From Candidatus Poribacteria bacterium (GTDB lineage: Bacteria; Poribacteria; WGA-4E; WGA-3G), in contig CBDBFU010000031.1 in assembly GCA_965205025.1 (NCBI GenBank), positions 1-64,000 on the forward strand: a stretch of DNA of 64,000 bases. The letters are read 5' to 3'. The notes under the pieces are model-generated. The model was not told the origin of the DNA. It was given only the letters and a program-made list of their open reading frames with translations, and did no database searches. A program made the translations under genes and the position numbers. Shown here piece after piece: positions 1 through 9,954 of this stretch; position 1 is the stretch's first letter, and every line of letters starts with the position of its first letter.

Positions 1-140
1 GCAGCATTGGTCCCACGTTCCTCGTTATCATCCCAACAACTAATTAGTTTTACATCATCAAAAGTCAACATCTGATTACAATATGCATTTGCATGTCCAT
101 GTGCAAAACTAACTATACCAATACCAATCTTTGAATTCAT
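1..140 (-). CDS. Gfo/Idh/MocA family oxidoreductase, N-terminal part (runs off window)
   Basis: Manual translation of reverse strand from ATG at 140: MNSKIGIGIVSFAHGHANAYCNQMLTFDDVKLISCWDDNEERG, a typical Rossmann N-terminus of this family. Confidence 0.75.
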   Translation of the reverse strand, partial: MNSKIGIGIVSFAHGHANAYCNQMLTFDDVKLISCWDDNEERGTNA

Positions 141-231
141 ACTAATGTTATCCGATCTATAAAAAATATATGATTATTAAAATTGAATAGTTTACTTGTC
201 TACTCAACCCTTGTAATTACAAGCTTCATCA

Positions 232-1860
232 TCATTTCGCTAAGTCTATCTGTATATTTGTTTGTACACCTTTTTCATCGTAATTCACCGCAACAGTAAT
301 TGGTCCAAGAGATTCTAAAGGGAATAAATTGTCTTTTATTTGTTGCATTAACCTAATATCTATCTTCTGTCCAGAGAGCGACATGATTAGCGAAGCAATA
401 GGTAAAAGACGTCTAACTTCAGGGATTAGTAGATGGGGTTGAATATATCCGGAAATTACATCCTCATTTAAAGGTAGAGGTATATCGGATAGTTCAGGTT
501 TATTACCAATTCGTATATCGATTATTTCTTTCATTCCATTTAAGGTAGAAGAAAAAATAAAATCGTCATTGATTACAGCATATCCACCAATCAATGATAA
601 TAGAAAATTTAATCGTAATTTAACTGGTTGAACCGTAATGCCATTGTATTCTTGTGTTTTTAGAAATTCAAGCATATTACCACTGATCATAAAATTAGTT
701 TCAGGTAAACGGCTAATCCTTTGATCAAATACAGATCTGTCTTGTATTGGCACTGATATTATCACAGAAGGGAATTTGGTATCTTCTCCATCAGTATGGG
801 TTATCATTCCAAGTGTCATTTCACTCTTCAAGAGATCTGAAAAATTAGGTAGATCCGATTCAGAATTAATCCTCAATACTTCTTTCACAGAATTCCAAAG
901 TAATGTCAAATCCTGCTGTGGATTGAATACTCTAATTGCAGTCTTTTCAGGTAAAGACGTTGGAAGTGATTTAGATTCTTTTCCAGGTGACTTTTTAGGT
1001 TTACCAAGCCGTAATTGAGAGTAAATCATACCATCAGAATAGTGATTGCCTACAGTACAATAATCATAATCATTTATCATAGGTAGAATTTGCTCTACAA
1101 TAGTAGGTGAATTATCCTGCAATCCACCTAATAGTAATGACACACCAGAAATATCCAGATAAGCGGTATTTGAATCTTGATCATAACTTCTGATTATTTC
1201 ATCGTTAATTGGATGTGATTCAAGAAATCCATTGGCTTGTTGTGTGAAATTGTCAATCACCTCCGCAATAAGAATTGGACTAAGACTTAAGACACCTATT
1301 TTTCCAATGAAAGTATAACTAAAATCCATCGGATATCCAGTGATAGTATTAATAGTTAAGTCTTTGTATTCAGTCTGAATACGTTTATATTTCGGATTAA
1401 TAGCATCAGTGGCTGTTATTGCCTCAATTCCAAGCTTTTCTGGTCCCCCAACCTCTGATATTAGAAGAAACGATACTTCTCCTTCACGTTGATAAAGTGC
1501 AATTATCGCTTCTGTACCAAAATGTCCATTCACTGCACCCATATCAAGTTTACCACCCATTTCAACTTCCCATACTAACTTCTGATATACCAATTGCCTC
1601 CACCAAAGTTGGTTCTTTATATATGAAAGGATCGGCATTTTTAGGGATTGTTCACCAAATTTACTATCATTAAAGGTATTTACAAGACCATCCAAGTCTT
1701 TAAGTGTTAGATAACATATAGGTGATTTTGGGAGAAGGGTTATTAGACTCTGTTCAGGTTTCCAAAGAGAAGTTTTTTGGTATATAACGGATAGCAAGAT
1801 GATAATTCCAATTAGGGAGAGAAGGATAATAAAGATGAGCTTTTTACGACTTATTTTCAT
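232..1860 (-). CDS. Membrane-anchored hypothetical protein (DUF3352-like)
   Basis: Long ORF; ATG at 1860 gives MKISRKK plus a hydrophobic anchor; LLPKSP..Y...DL opening resembles DUF3352-type periplasmic proteins. Confidence 0.6.
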   Translation of the reverse strand: MKISRKKLIFIILLSLIGIIILLSVIYQKTSLWKPEQSLITLLPKSPICYLTLKDLDGLVNTFNDSKFGEQSLKMPILSYIKNQLWWRQLVYQKLVWEVEMGGKLDMGAVNGHFGTEAIIALYQREGEVSFLLISEVGGPEKLGIEAITATDAINPKYKRIQTEYKDLTINTITGYPMDFSYTFIGKIGVLSLSPILIAEVIDNFTQQANGFLESHPINDEIIRSYDQDSNTAYLDISGVSLLLGGLQDNSPTIVEQILPMINDYDYCTVGNHYSDGMIYSQLRLGKPKKSPGKESKSLPTSLPEKTAIRVFNPQQDLTLLWNSVKEVLRINSESDLPNFSDLLKSEMTLGMITHTDGEDTKFPSVIISVPIQDRSVFDQRISRLPETNFMISGNMLEFLKTQEYNGITVQPVKLRLNFLLSLIGGYAVINDDFIFSSTLNGMKEIIDIRIGNKPELSDIPLPLNEDVISGYIQPHLLIPEVRRLLPIASLIMSLSGQKIDIRLMQQIKDNLFPLESLGPITVAVNYDEKGVQTNIQIDLAK

Positions 1861-1982
1861 ATCATAGACAATGCTAACAGACTTCACTGTAACCAATTAT
1901 GATTATAACATACACCTAATAATAGGACAATCCAAAATAGATTTGATGATTGTATAATTGTGTTATACAATATACAAGAATT

Positions 1983-3908
1983 ATGCATGTTTCAGAACAA
2001 AACCCATCGAACCATCAAAAAATCCGATTTCTTTCTATCCTACTTATATGTATCTTAGTGCCACTAAATTGTTGGTGGGTTTCTACGTCCATTCTACAAG
2101 GTGGCGGCAGTCCAACACAAGTTTCATTATTCTATAATGCCATTTTTACAATTTTAGTCTTATTCGGTATAGGTCTATTCTTGAGTCGGTTGAATAAAAT
2201 ACTGGCATTAAACCGTACTGAACTATTAGTGATATATTCATGCATCTCTATTGGTGCTGGACTTGCTGGGGTTGATAGATTCCTGGTTTTAATGCCATTA
2301 ATAGGACATGCACACTGGTTCGCCACTCCAGAAAATGACTGGATCAACCTGTTCCATTTACATATTCCGTCATGGTTGGTAGTCAGTAATAAACGAGCAC
2401 TGGAGGGATATTACTATGGTTTTTCAAGTATTTATGAATCACAGAATTTATTACCATGGTTACCTAAAATCTTATGGTGGACATTATTTATACTTGCAGT
2501 GCATCTTGTTATGCTATGTATGAGTCTAATCTTCCGTAAACAGTGGGTTGAATCAGAACGGTTAAGTTATCCTATTATACAATTACCATTCCAATTGACT
2601 GCTCCAAAAAGTCGGTTTTTCAAATCACCTTGGATGTGGTTAGGACTTGGAATTGGAGCATCAATTGATATTATCAATGGTCTAAATTATTTATTTCCTG
2701 CTGTTCCAAGTTTGGGTGGAAAATTGTTTGATCTAAGAAGAATTTTCACTGAAAGACCTTGGAGTGGAATTGGATGGAGTCCAATTGGTGTATTCCCTTT
2801 TGGAGTTGGATTGTCATTTTTTATCCCTCTTGATCTCTCTTTCTCATGTTGGGCATTCTGGTTAATTTGGCGTGCAGAACGGTTATTAGGAACAATTGCA
2901 GGATGGCGTGGTTTACCCCGATTCCCTTATGAAGCAGAACAATCGCATGGTGCATACTTAGGATTATGTATTCTCGCAATTTGGATGAGTCGAAGATATT
3001 TGCTGGGTATTGGTCAATCAATCTTCTTTAGGAATAGAAAATACCAGAATGATCTTATAAAGGATAGAACAGAACCAATTTCATATACACTCATCCTTAT
3101 ATCATTAATATGTGGGATTGCTTTCATCATAGGATTTTGTCTTAAAATGGGTATGAGTCTTTGGGTAATTGTTATATATTTCATTATATGGTTTGCAATA
3201 GCAATCGCAATTACACGACTCAGAGCGGAACTTGGATCACCTGTACACGATTTACATTTTATAGGTCCTGATGAGATGTTACCTCGATTGGTAGGGATCC
3301 GTAGATTAGGTCCGATCAATCTAACAGGTTTTGCTTATCTCTACTTTTTAAACCGCGCACATCGATCCCATGCAATGCCACATCAACTTGAAGGATTCAA
3401 ATTGGCTGAAGGAGCAAATATACCAATTAAGAAATTCGCTTTCTTAATGATGTTAGCTTCTGGATTAGGTGCAGTTGGGTCTTTCTGGGTATTTCTATCT
3501 ATGTATTATGCAGAAGGTGGTGGACCAGGTTTTGGCAGAGAAGCCTTTGGTAGATTAGAGTCGTGGTTAACCTATGCTGCACCGCCAGATGTTCCTGCCA
3601 TTGGGTTCGCATCATTTGGATTTATTGCTACACTTGTTCTTGCAGCAATGCGTATGCGATTTATTTGGTGGAATTTACATCCAGTTGGGTATGCAATCTC
3701 AGGGAGTTGGGCAATTAATCCCATGATTGGTTCCATTTTCATTGGATGGCTACTCAAATGGTTAGTATTAAAATATGGTGGAATCCGTTTACATCGAAAA
3801 GCAATTCCTTTTTTCCTTGGATTAGTTCTGGGTGAATTCATAATCGGTTCATTTTGGAGTCTATTAGCTGTATTCCTTGATAAACCGATGTATAGATTCT
3901 TGTTTTAG
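1983..3908 (+). CDS. Polytopic membrane protein, DUF6785/DUF6784 family (putative OPT-like transporter)
   Basis: Many TM segments; motifs FATPENDW, RKQWVESERLSYPIIQLP, RLRAELG, WWNLHPVGY, KYGG. Confidence 0.75.
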   Translation: MHVSEQNPSNHQKIRFLSILLICILVPLNCWWVSTSILQGGGSPTQVSLFYNAIFTILVLFGIGLFLSRLNKILALNRTELLVIYSCISIGAGLAGVDRFLVLMPLIGHAHWFATPENDWINLFHLHIPSWLVVSNKRALEGYYYGFSSIYESQNLLPWLPKILWWTLFILAVHLVMLCMSLIFRKQWVESERLSYPIIQLPFQLTAPKSRFFKSPWMWLGLGIGASIDIINGLNYLFPAVPSLGGKLFDLRRIFTERPWSGIGWSPIGVFPFGVGLSFFIPLDLSFSCWAFWLIWRAERLLGTIAGWRGLPRFPYEAEQSHGAYLGLCILAIWMSRRYLLGIGQSIFFRNRKYQNDLIKDRTEPISYTLILISLICGIAFIIGFCLKMGMSLWVIVIYFIIWFAIAIAITRLRAELGSPVHDLHFIGPDEMLPRLVGIRRLGPINLTGFAYLYFLNRAHRSHAMPHQLEGFKLAEGANIPIKKFAFLMMLASGLGAVGSFWVFLSMYYAEGGGPGFGREAFGRLESWLTYAAPPDVPAIGFASFGFIATLVLAAMRMRFIWWNLHPVGYAISGSWAINPMIGSIFIGWLLKWLVLKYGGIRLHRKAIPFFLGLVLGEFIIGSFWSLLAVFLDKPMYRFLF

Positions 3909-3977
3909 TATCCCAATATACATTGCTATTTTTTCTCTATATGATATAATATCTAAAACCATTTTCCGGTTAGAATT

Positions 3978-4646
3978 TTGGAATTAAGTCAAAAAGCACA
4001 CATCATTTCTAATACACTTGAACAATTCATGGGTGTTCCAAAATGGGATGGAACAGAGGATGTCCTTGAATGTCTTATACTAACTATCTTATCACAAAAT
4101 ACTACTGATGTAAGTCGAGATAAGGGTTATGCAAAACTAAGAAAGAAATATCCAACATGGGAACAAGTTCTAAGAGCAAGAGTGAAATCTATTGAAGAAC
4201 AAATAAGAATCGTTGGTTTAGGTAATCAAAAAGCTAATACAATAAAGAACTTTCTAACATGGCTAAATAAAGAGTATGGTGAGTTGAGTTTGGAGTTTAT
4301 CCATAATATGGATACTGAAGAAGCCATGGAATTACTTTGCCAACATAAAGGAATTGGTATTAAAACTGCCTCTGTTACACTTTCTTTTGCATGTGGTAGA
4401 GATGTATTTCCTGTTGACACACATATACACCGAATTACAAAACGGCTTGGTTTAATTCAACCAAATTGCACAGCTGAAAAAGCACATTATGAATTACCTC
4501 TCATTATACCTAAAGGTAAATCCTACCCTTTCCATATGAATTTGATCTACTTTGGCAGACAAATTTGTAACGCCCGTAAACCATTATGTGACCAATGTCC
4601 ATTAACTGACCACTGTCTATATTATAAAGAAATCAAACAATCTTAG
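3978..4646 (+). CDS. nth: Endonuclease III family HhH-GPD DNA glycosylase with 4Fe-4S cluster
   Basis: ILSQNT, HhH motif KGIGIKTA, VDTH, C-X6-C-X2-C-X5-C (CNARKPLCDQCPLTDHC). Confidence 0.85.
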   Translation: MELSQKAHIISNTLEQFMGVPKWDGTEDVLECLILTILSQNTTDVSRDKGYAKLRKKYPTWEQVLRARVKSIEEQIRIVGLGNQKANTIKNFLTWLNKEYGELSLEFIHNMDTEEAMELLCQHKGIGIKTASVTLSFACGRDVFPVDTHIHRITKRLGLIQPNCTAEKAHYELPLIIPKGKSYPFHMNLIYFGRQICNARKPLCDQCPLTDHCLYYKEIKQS

Positions 4647-4672
4647 GAGCCTGATACAATCAGACAGAACTA

Positions 4673-6781
4673 ATGGATCATCTAAGAAAAATCACTTGGA
4701 AGCACATTTTTGTTGTCTTACTGATTTTACATATTTTACCATTATGGATTTTCACTTACTTTCCTTCTCAAGACGGTCCAAGTCATGTATATAACGCATT
4801 AGTCCTAAAAGATTACTCTGACCCAGCAAATTATAAAATCCGGGATCTTTGGAAACTAAATATAACTATATTTCCAAATTGGTTATCACATATCTTACTA
4901 TTAGCACTTCTATATGTATTCCCTCCACTCTACGCAGAGAAAGTTTTTCTAACATTTGCTATAGGAGTGATTCCAATAGCATTTTACTACTTTTTAAATG
5001 CTGTTCATAGTGGAAGAAGCGAGAATTATCTCTATGTATGGCTGGGGTTTCCATTTGCCTATAACTACCTACTATACATGGGTTTTTATAATTTCACACT
5101 GAGTATATCCTTCTTCTTCTTTAGTTTTGGATACTGGTGGAAATACAAAGATATCATACAGGTAAAACAGCTTTGTATATTATATATACTGCTCCTTCTA
5201 ACCTATCTATCTCATATCGTTTCGTTTGGACTTGTTGTATTGGGTATCTCGGTAGCTGCAGCATGTATATGGGGATCTGAATCAATTGTTGAAACTTGGA
5301 GAATTAAAAATAGACAATATAAAGATGTATTAACACAATTCTTTCTAACGATAAAACCTTTCCTTCAGTTTTTGCTCTATATGATTCCTATCTACTTTGT
5401 ACTAATGGAATACTATCTAAAGAGTCTAAAACAACATCAGGAGGGTGGACATAAAGGTATGAAGTGGATATGGGAATACTTTATTGGAGTAAAATCAATA
5501 GTATATTTTACAGATTGGCACATCCCAGTAAATTATTTCCTACTTGCAGTTTTAGGTATATCTTTTCTCATAACAATATATTATCGATTCTACCGTCGTC
5601 AACAGATGAAATCTACCGATGTTTTTCTGTTAATTGCACTGATTTATACTTATATGTTTATAAGAGCACCATGGGGTTATGGTCCCGGCGGATGGATTAA
5701 TGATAGAATTCATCTATACATATTATTAATATTGGCTCCATGGTTAATATTTGATATGCATAAATATCTAAGATACGGTATTTCATCATGTCTAATCATC
5801 TTTGCTTTGATACATTTTGGTAGGACTGCTTATGATCACGCACGGATCTCCCCTGAAATGGCTGAACTTGTATCAGGTACACACCTAATTGAACCACATA
5901 CAACATTTAGTGTTATGAGTGCGGATGGACATAAATCTGAAGCTTTGGGGAGAGTTAAATATGTCACACCGTTCTCACATATTAAAGCATTCTACGGTGT
6001 ATATACTAATGATGTCGTACACATGGCAAACTATGAAGCAAATTATGATTATTTCCCTGTTAATCGGAATAATAAAGATAGTGTTGGTCTTAATTATGTT
6101 CGAGCAGATTATGTGGTTGCATGGTATTATCCAGAAACTGAACCCTTTAATAATCTTAAACCCGATTATGAAGTAATTCATAAAACAAAACACTTAAATC
6201 TATTTAGAAGAAAGACTGCTGAAACACATGATTTTGACTTATGGGATAAATCTGAAAATGGAAATATGATTATTCGTTTTGATTTGCAGCCTGAGAATGG
6301 TGAGGTAGAACAAGGTTATCATATTGTTGGACCTAAGACTATGTATCTATCTGGAAAATATGGATGGGATACCGAATGGAATCCGAGAGATCCTTTAAAT
6401 AAAACCAATTGGAGAATCCATCCACGGCAAGCATCTGTAGCAAACGCGGCAAATCCACCCCTCACAAAGGATGGAGTGTTTGGCATAGAAGATGCTGCTT
6501 TTAGAGTTGACTTACCAAATGGGACTTATCAGATTACTGCAGTTTTTCAGGAAGAAGCAGGGGCAGAACATGAAATAAATATGTTGGTAAATGGTAAGAC
6601 ATTTTTATCGAAATTAAATATACCTATAGGCAACAATAGAATTGATAAGAAAACTACTGTTGAAGTTACGGATGGATCTATCGTCCTTGTTATATATACA
6701 TCCAAAATTAGAATTAAGAAATCTACAAGACACAATCATTGGATATGGAATGGATGTATAATTGAAAAGATTGATGAATAG
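4673..6781 (+). CDS. Polytopic membrane protein, putative GT-C-like glycosyltransferase with C-terminal carbohydrate-binding beta-sandwich
   Basis: FPSQDGPSH after first TM, MGFYNF, GGWINDR, NYEAN; C-terminal RFDL..G..Y....YGW..FRVDLPNGTYQIT resembles a galactose-binding-like domain; paralog of 36911-38482. Confidence 0.6.
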   Translation: MDHLRKITWKHIFVVLLILHILPLWIFTYFPSQDGPSHVYNALVLKDYSDPANYKIRDLWKLNITIFPNWLSHILLLALLYVFPPLYAEKVFLTFAIGVIPIAFYYFLNAVHSGRSENYLYVWLGFPFAYNYLLYMGFYNFTLSISFFFFSFGYWWKYKDIIQVKQLCILYILLLLTYLSHIVSFGLVVLGISVAAACIWGSESIVETWRIKNRQYKDVLTQFFLTIKPFLQFLLYMIPIYFVLMEYYLKSLKQHQEGGHKGMKWIWEYFIGVKSIVYFTDWHIPVNYFLLAVLGISFLITIYYRFYRRQQMKSTDVFLLIALIYTYMFIRAPWGYGPGGWINDRIHLYILLILAPWLIFDMHKYLRYGISSCLIIFALIHFGRTAYDHARISPEMAELVSGTHLIEPHTTFSVMSADGHKSEALGRVKYVTPFSHIKAFYGVYTNDVVHMANYEANYDYFPVNRNNKDSVGLNYVRADYVVAWYYPETEPFNNLKPDYEVIHKTKHLNLFRRKTAETHDFDLWDKSENGNMIIRFDLQPENGEVEQGYHIVGPKTMYLSGKYGWDTEWNPRDPLNKTNWRIHPRQASVANAANPPLTKDGVFGIEDAAFRVDLPNGTYQITAVFQEEAGAEHEINMLVNGKTFLSKLNIPIGNNRIDKKTTVEVTDGSIVLVIYTSKIRIKKSTRHNHWIWNGCIIEKIDE

Positions 6782-6834
6782 GTAAAACCTACTTATATTG
6801 TATTTTATAAATTGAGTTTATACAGGAGTTTATA

Positions 6835-8028
6835 ATGATAAAACCCCATGGAGCTGATACATTAACCCCACTTTATGTAACGGATGATGCACGCCGATCA
6901 GAATTGGAGAAACAGGCAAAGGAAATGCCGTCTATTCTTATCACTTCTGGTGCAGCTGCATCAGCCGTTATGCTCGCATCAGGATATTTTACACCACTTA
7001 AGGGGTATATGAATATCGCTGAAGCAATTAGTGTTGCTTCTGATATGAAATTGCTAAATGGTTTATTTTGGCCCGTTCCAATATTGAATTTTGTACAATC
7101 TGAACAACTCACAGATGAAGTTATAAATGCGGATAAAATAGCTTTACTCGACCCAAATGTTGAGGGTAATCCACCTATAGCAATTATGGATGTATCAGCA
7201 ATTGAGGAACTCACAGATATTCAAAAAACTCTTATTATTGAGAAGACTTTTGGAACAACAGACCCTGAACACCCGGGTGTCCCTGCATTCTCGGATGTTG
7301 GAAATCATCTCTTATCTGGTTCCATTGAAGTTCTTAACTATTCCTATTTTCCACATGATTTTCCTGAAACTTTTCGGACTGCAGTTGAAATACGTGAAGA
7401 CATAGATTCACGGGGTTGGGATACTGTTGTGGCATTTCAAACCCGCAATCCTATGCATCGTGCCCATGAAGAACTCTGTAAAATTGCACAGAAAAAGGTG
7501 GGGGCTGATGGTGTCTTAATACATATGCTTCTTGGCAAACTTAAACCAGGGGATATACCCGCATCTGTTCGTGATGCCTCTATAAGAGCAATGGTAAAAC
7601 ACTACTTTCCAAACAACACTGTATCTATCACTGGATATGGATTTGACATGTTGTATGCTGGTCCCAAAGAAGCATTACTCCATGCTGTTTTCAGACAAAA
7701 TTCTGGGGCTACCCATTTCATCGTTGGACGTGACCATGCTGGAGCAGGACAGTATTACGGTCCATTTGATGCACAGATCATTTTTGATGATATTCCACCT
7801 GATGCATTAGAAATTGAAATCTTCCGGGGTGATTGGACTGTCTGGTGTCATAAATGTAGTAGAATTGTTATGATGCGAGATTGTCCCCACGGGGATGATG
7901 ATTACTTCACAATCTCAGGTACAAAACAACGAGAAATTCTTGCAGCTGGAGACAAACTCCCCATTGAAATTGCAAGACCCGAAGTAGCCGAGATTCTAAT
8001 GGAATTTTACCAGACTGAAGTTAATTAA
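6835..8028 (+). CDS. sat: Sulfate adenylyltransferase (ATP sulfurylase)
   Basis: VAFQTRNPMHRAHE, YAGPKEA, HFIVGRDHAG, SGT motifs; RBS CAGGAG upstream. Confidence 0.95.
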   Translation: MIKPHGADTLTPLYVTDDARRSELEKQAKEMPSILITSGAAASAVMLASGYFTPLKGYMNIAEAISVASDMKLLNGLFWPVPILNFVQSEQLTDEVINADKIALLDPNVEGNPPIAIMDVSAIEELTDIQKTLIIEKTFGTTDPEHPGVPAFSDVGNHLLSGSIEVLNYSYFPHDFPETFRTAVEIREDIDSRGWDTVVAFQTRNPMHRAHEELCKIAQKKVGADGVLIHMLLGKLKPGDIPASVRDASIRAMVKHYFPNNTVSITGYGFDMLYAGPKEALLHAVFRQNSGATHFIVGRDHAGAGQYYGPFDAQIIFDDIPPDALEIEIFRGDWTVWCHKCSRIVMMRDCPHGDDDYFTISGTKQREILAAGDKLPIEIARPEVAEILMEFYQTEVN

Positions 8029-8036
8029 GCATAGCA

Positions 8037-9257
8037 GTGTTAGCTATTCAATATAATAAAAGCATTCCACGCTATCTTCTAATGCGTTACATTGGCAAAA
8101 AGTGGCGTAGTCTCTATACATCTCCATTAGCAAGTATACAACTTATTGATATTCCTGAACCACAACTTCCTACACAACAGTGGGTAAAAGTAAAAACACG
8201 ACTGAGTGGGATTTGTGGTTCAGATTTAGCCACAATTACTGCCAAAGGTAGCACATATTTCTCACCATTTACCTCCACTCCTTTTATTCTTGGACATGAA
8301 ATCGTCGGTGAAATTGCTGAAATTGGAGAAGACGTAAACAGTCTTTCAATCGGAGATAGAGTCGTTATCGAACCTGCTCTATCATGTATAGTCCGCGAGA
8401 TTAACCCTCCCTGTTACCAATGCCAAAACTCACGTTTTTCTAATTGTGAGAATATAACAAGAGGAAGTATTTCTGAAGGTGTCCAAACTGGATACTGCCG
8501 TGATACAGGTGGTGGTTGGAGTGAATATGTCCTGGCACATAGGTCACAGATACGCACTGTTCCTGATAATATCTCAGATGAATTAGCTGTTATCCTTGAA
8601 CCACTTGCCTGTAGTTTACACGGCGTACTGCAAGTAGATTTCAACAATAAAGAGGATATATGTGTAATTGGTGGTGGTACAATTGGATTACTAACTGTCT
8701 CTGCTATCAGAATGCTGGGATATAAAAACCGGATTATCAGTGTTGCCAAGTATCCACATCAACAAGAATTAGCACGAGATCTGGGGGCAGACGTTGTAAT
8801 TGCACCAAATAGAAGTAGATATTCAAATTTCTGCGAATTAACCAATGCAGAATCCTATCAACCAGAACTTGGAGAGCAAGTATTAATTGGAGGAGTAGAT
8901 ATTACCTTCGACTGTATAGGATCAAGTTCTACTATTGATGATGCACTTCGATTCACACGTTCTGGTGGTGATGTGATTCTACTCGGTATGCCAGGGATAC
9001 CAAAAAACATAGATTGGGTTTCTATCTGGTATAAACAATTAAATGTAAAAGGTGCATACACTTATGGGTTAGAAACCTATAATGGGGAAACTATACATAC
9101 ATTTGATCTCGGTTTAAAACTACTACAAGAACATGGAGAGCAACTATTACCTATAGTTGGTTCACCTTTCTCACTCAAAAATTACAGGCAGGCAATACAA
9201 ACCTCCCTTAATACAGGTAGGACTGCTTCAGTTAAAACTGTTTTCGATTTACGATAA
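8037..9257 (+). CDS. Zinc-binding alcohol dehydrogenase (MDR family)
   Basis: GICGSD, GHE..G, structural Zn cysteines (C..C..C..C), GGGTIG NAD-binding motif. Confidence 0.9.
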   Translation: MLAIQYNKSIPRYLLMRYIGKKWRSLYTSPLASIQLIDIPEPQLPTQQWVKVKTRLSGICGSDLATITAKGSTYFSPFTSTPFILGHEIVGEIAEIGEDVNSLSIGDRVVIEPALSCIVREINPPCYQCQNSRFSNCENITRGSISEGVQTGYCRDTGGGWSEYVLAHRSQIRTVPDNISDELAVILEPLACSLHGVLQVDFNNKEDICVIGGGTIGLLTVSAIRMLGYKNRIISVAKYPHQQELARDLGADVVIAPNRSRYSNFCELTNAESYQPELGEQVLIGGVDITFDCIGSSSTIDDALRFTRSGGDVILLGMPGIPKNIDWVSIWYKQLNVKGAYTYGLETYNGETIHTFDLGLKLLQEHGEQLLPIVGSPFSLKNYRQAIQTSLNTGRTASVKTVFDLR

Positions 9258-9378
9258 TTACATAGACTCTTCTCTGGAAGGGATTCCTATCCCCGATCTT
9301 TCTTATATTACACCATTTCTATAAATGATTCTCCAATGATTAGGTGATATTTATGTCTTGAAATACTACACAAACTGG

Positions 9379-9492
9379 ATGAAGATTAAGTAAATAGTTC
9401 GGTAATTCTTTTTTCCCAAACCCGGTAGGTGCGGTTTCCTAACCGCACTGGATATTTCTCCAAAAATACCGAATTTAAAAATTAATCTTCAT
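9379..9492. mobile_element. MITE D (ATGAAGATTAA...TTAATCTTCAT) inserted in a REP loop
   Basis: Imperfect TIR ATGAAGATTAAG..TTCGGTA / TACCGAATT..TTAATCTTCAT; absent from the homologous copy at 36816-36842; second copy at 28425-28568. Confidence 0.8.
9424..9448 (+). repeat. GTAG-type REP hairpin GGTAGGTGCGGTTTCCTAACCGCAC
   Basis: GTAG followed by GTGCGGTT/AACCGCAC stem; relatives at 28471 and 36753. Confidence 0.8.
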
Positions 9493-9551
9493 GAAGTTTG
9501 TGCTACATTAAAGAGTATCTATTAATGAGACTTTAATTACCAGAAATGGTA

Positions 9552-9703
9552 TTAGATGTATGAACGATGTGATTGGAAAAAGTGTTAATATTTATCGTTC
9601 TGAGATTATTACACTTTCACGGAAACCTTCACGGAGCAATTCTACGAACCCTTATTCTATAAGGGTTTATAATTTAAAGTAGTCCAATTATCCGTGAATC
9701 ACA
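9552..9703 (+). repeat. Non-coding module A (TTCACGGA x2, AACCCTTAT-tct-ATAAGGGTT palindrome, TCCGTGAA)
   Basis: Core 9610-9703 equals the reverse complement of 14928-15020 with 5 substitutions and 1 indel by manual alignment; weaker match extends to 9552/15080. Confidence 0.85.
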
Positions 9704-9733
9704 TTCATTAATATTTATATTACTTGAGAATGA

Positions 9734-9862
9734 ATCAAGATTCGTGGTATTGTGTGTCCGTTTCGTGTTATCGGTAGTCCAGAGTTGATTCAGATTAGGT
9801 ATGAATGTGGATTTGGTGATAAGAATGGTGCTGGGTTTGGGATGGTTAAGGTGTTAATATAA
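9734..9862 (+). pseudogene. cas6: cas6 3' remnant
   Basis: Translates [42 protein letters not shown], carrying the Cas6 glycine-rich loop GxGxKNxxGFG; no start codon, in-frame TGA immediately before. Confidence 0.75.
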
Positions 9863-9954
9863 GTATACAACCATTCTGTTAGCGTGATTTCTTAACCACA
9901 GATTCTTACATTGTAGAAGGATCTAATCCTAATCATCTTGATTCAAGTTTATTT

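Larger units (their letters stand above)
9309..9554. mobile_element. MITE-like element C with nested REP and MITE cargo
   Basis: Inverted ends TACACCATTTCT (9309) / AGAAATGGTATTA (9542-9554); 9312-9379 plus 9493-9512 match the reverse complement of ~36810-36896. Confidence 0.65.
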
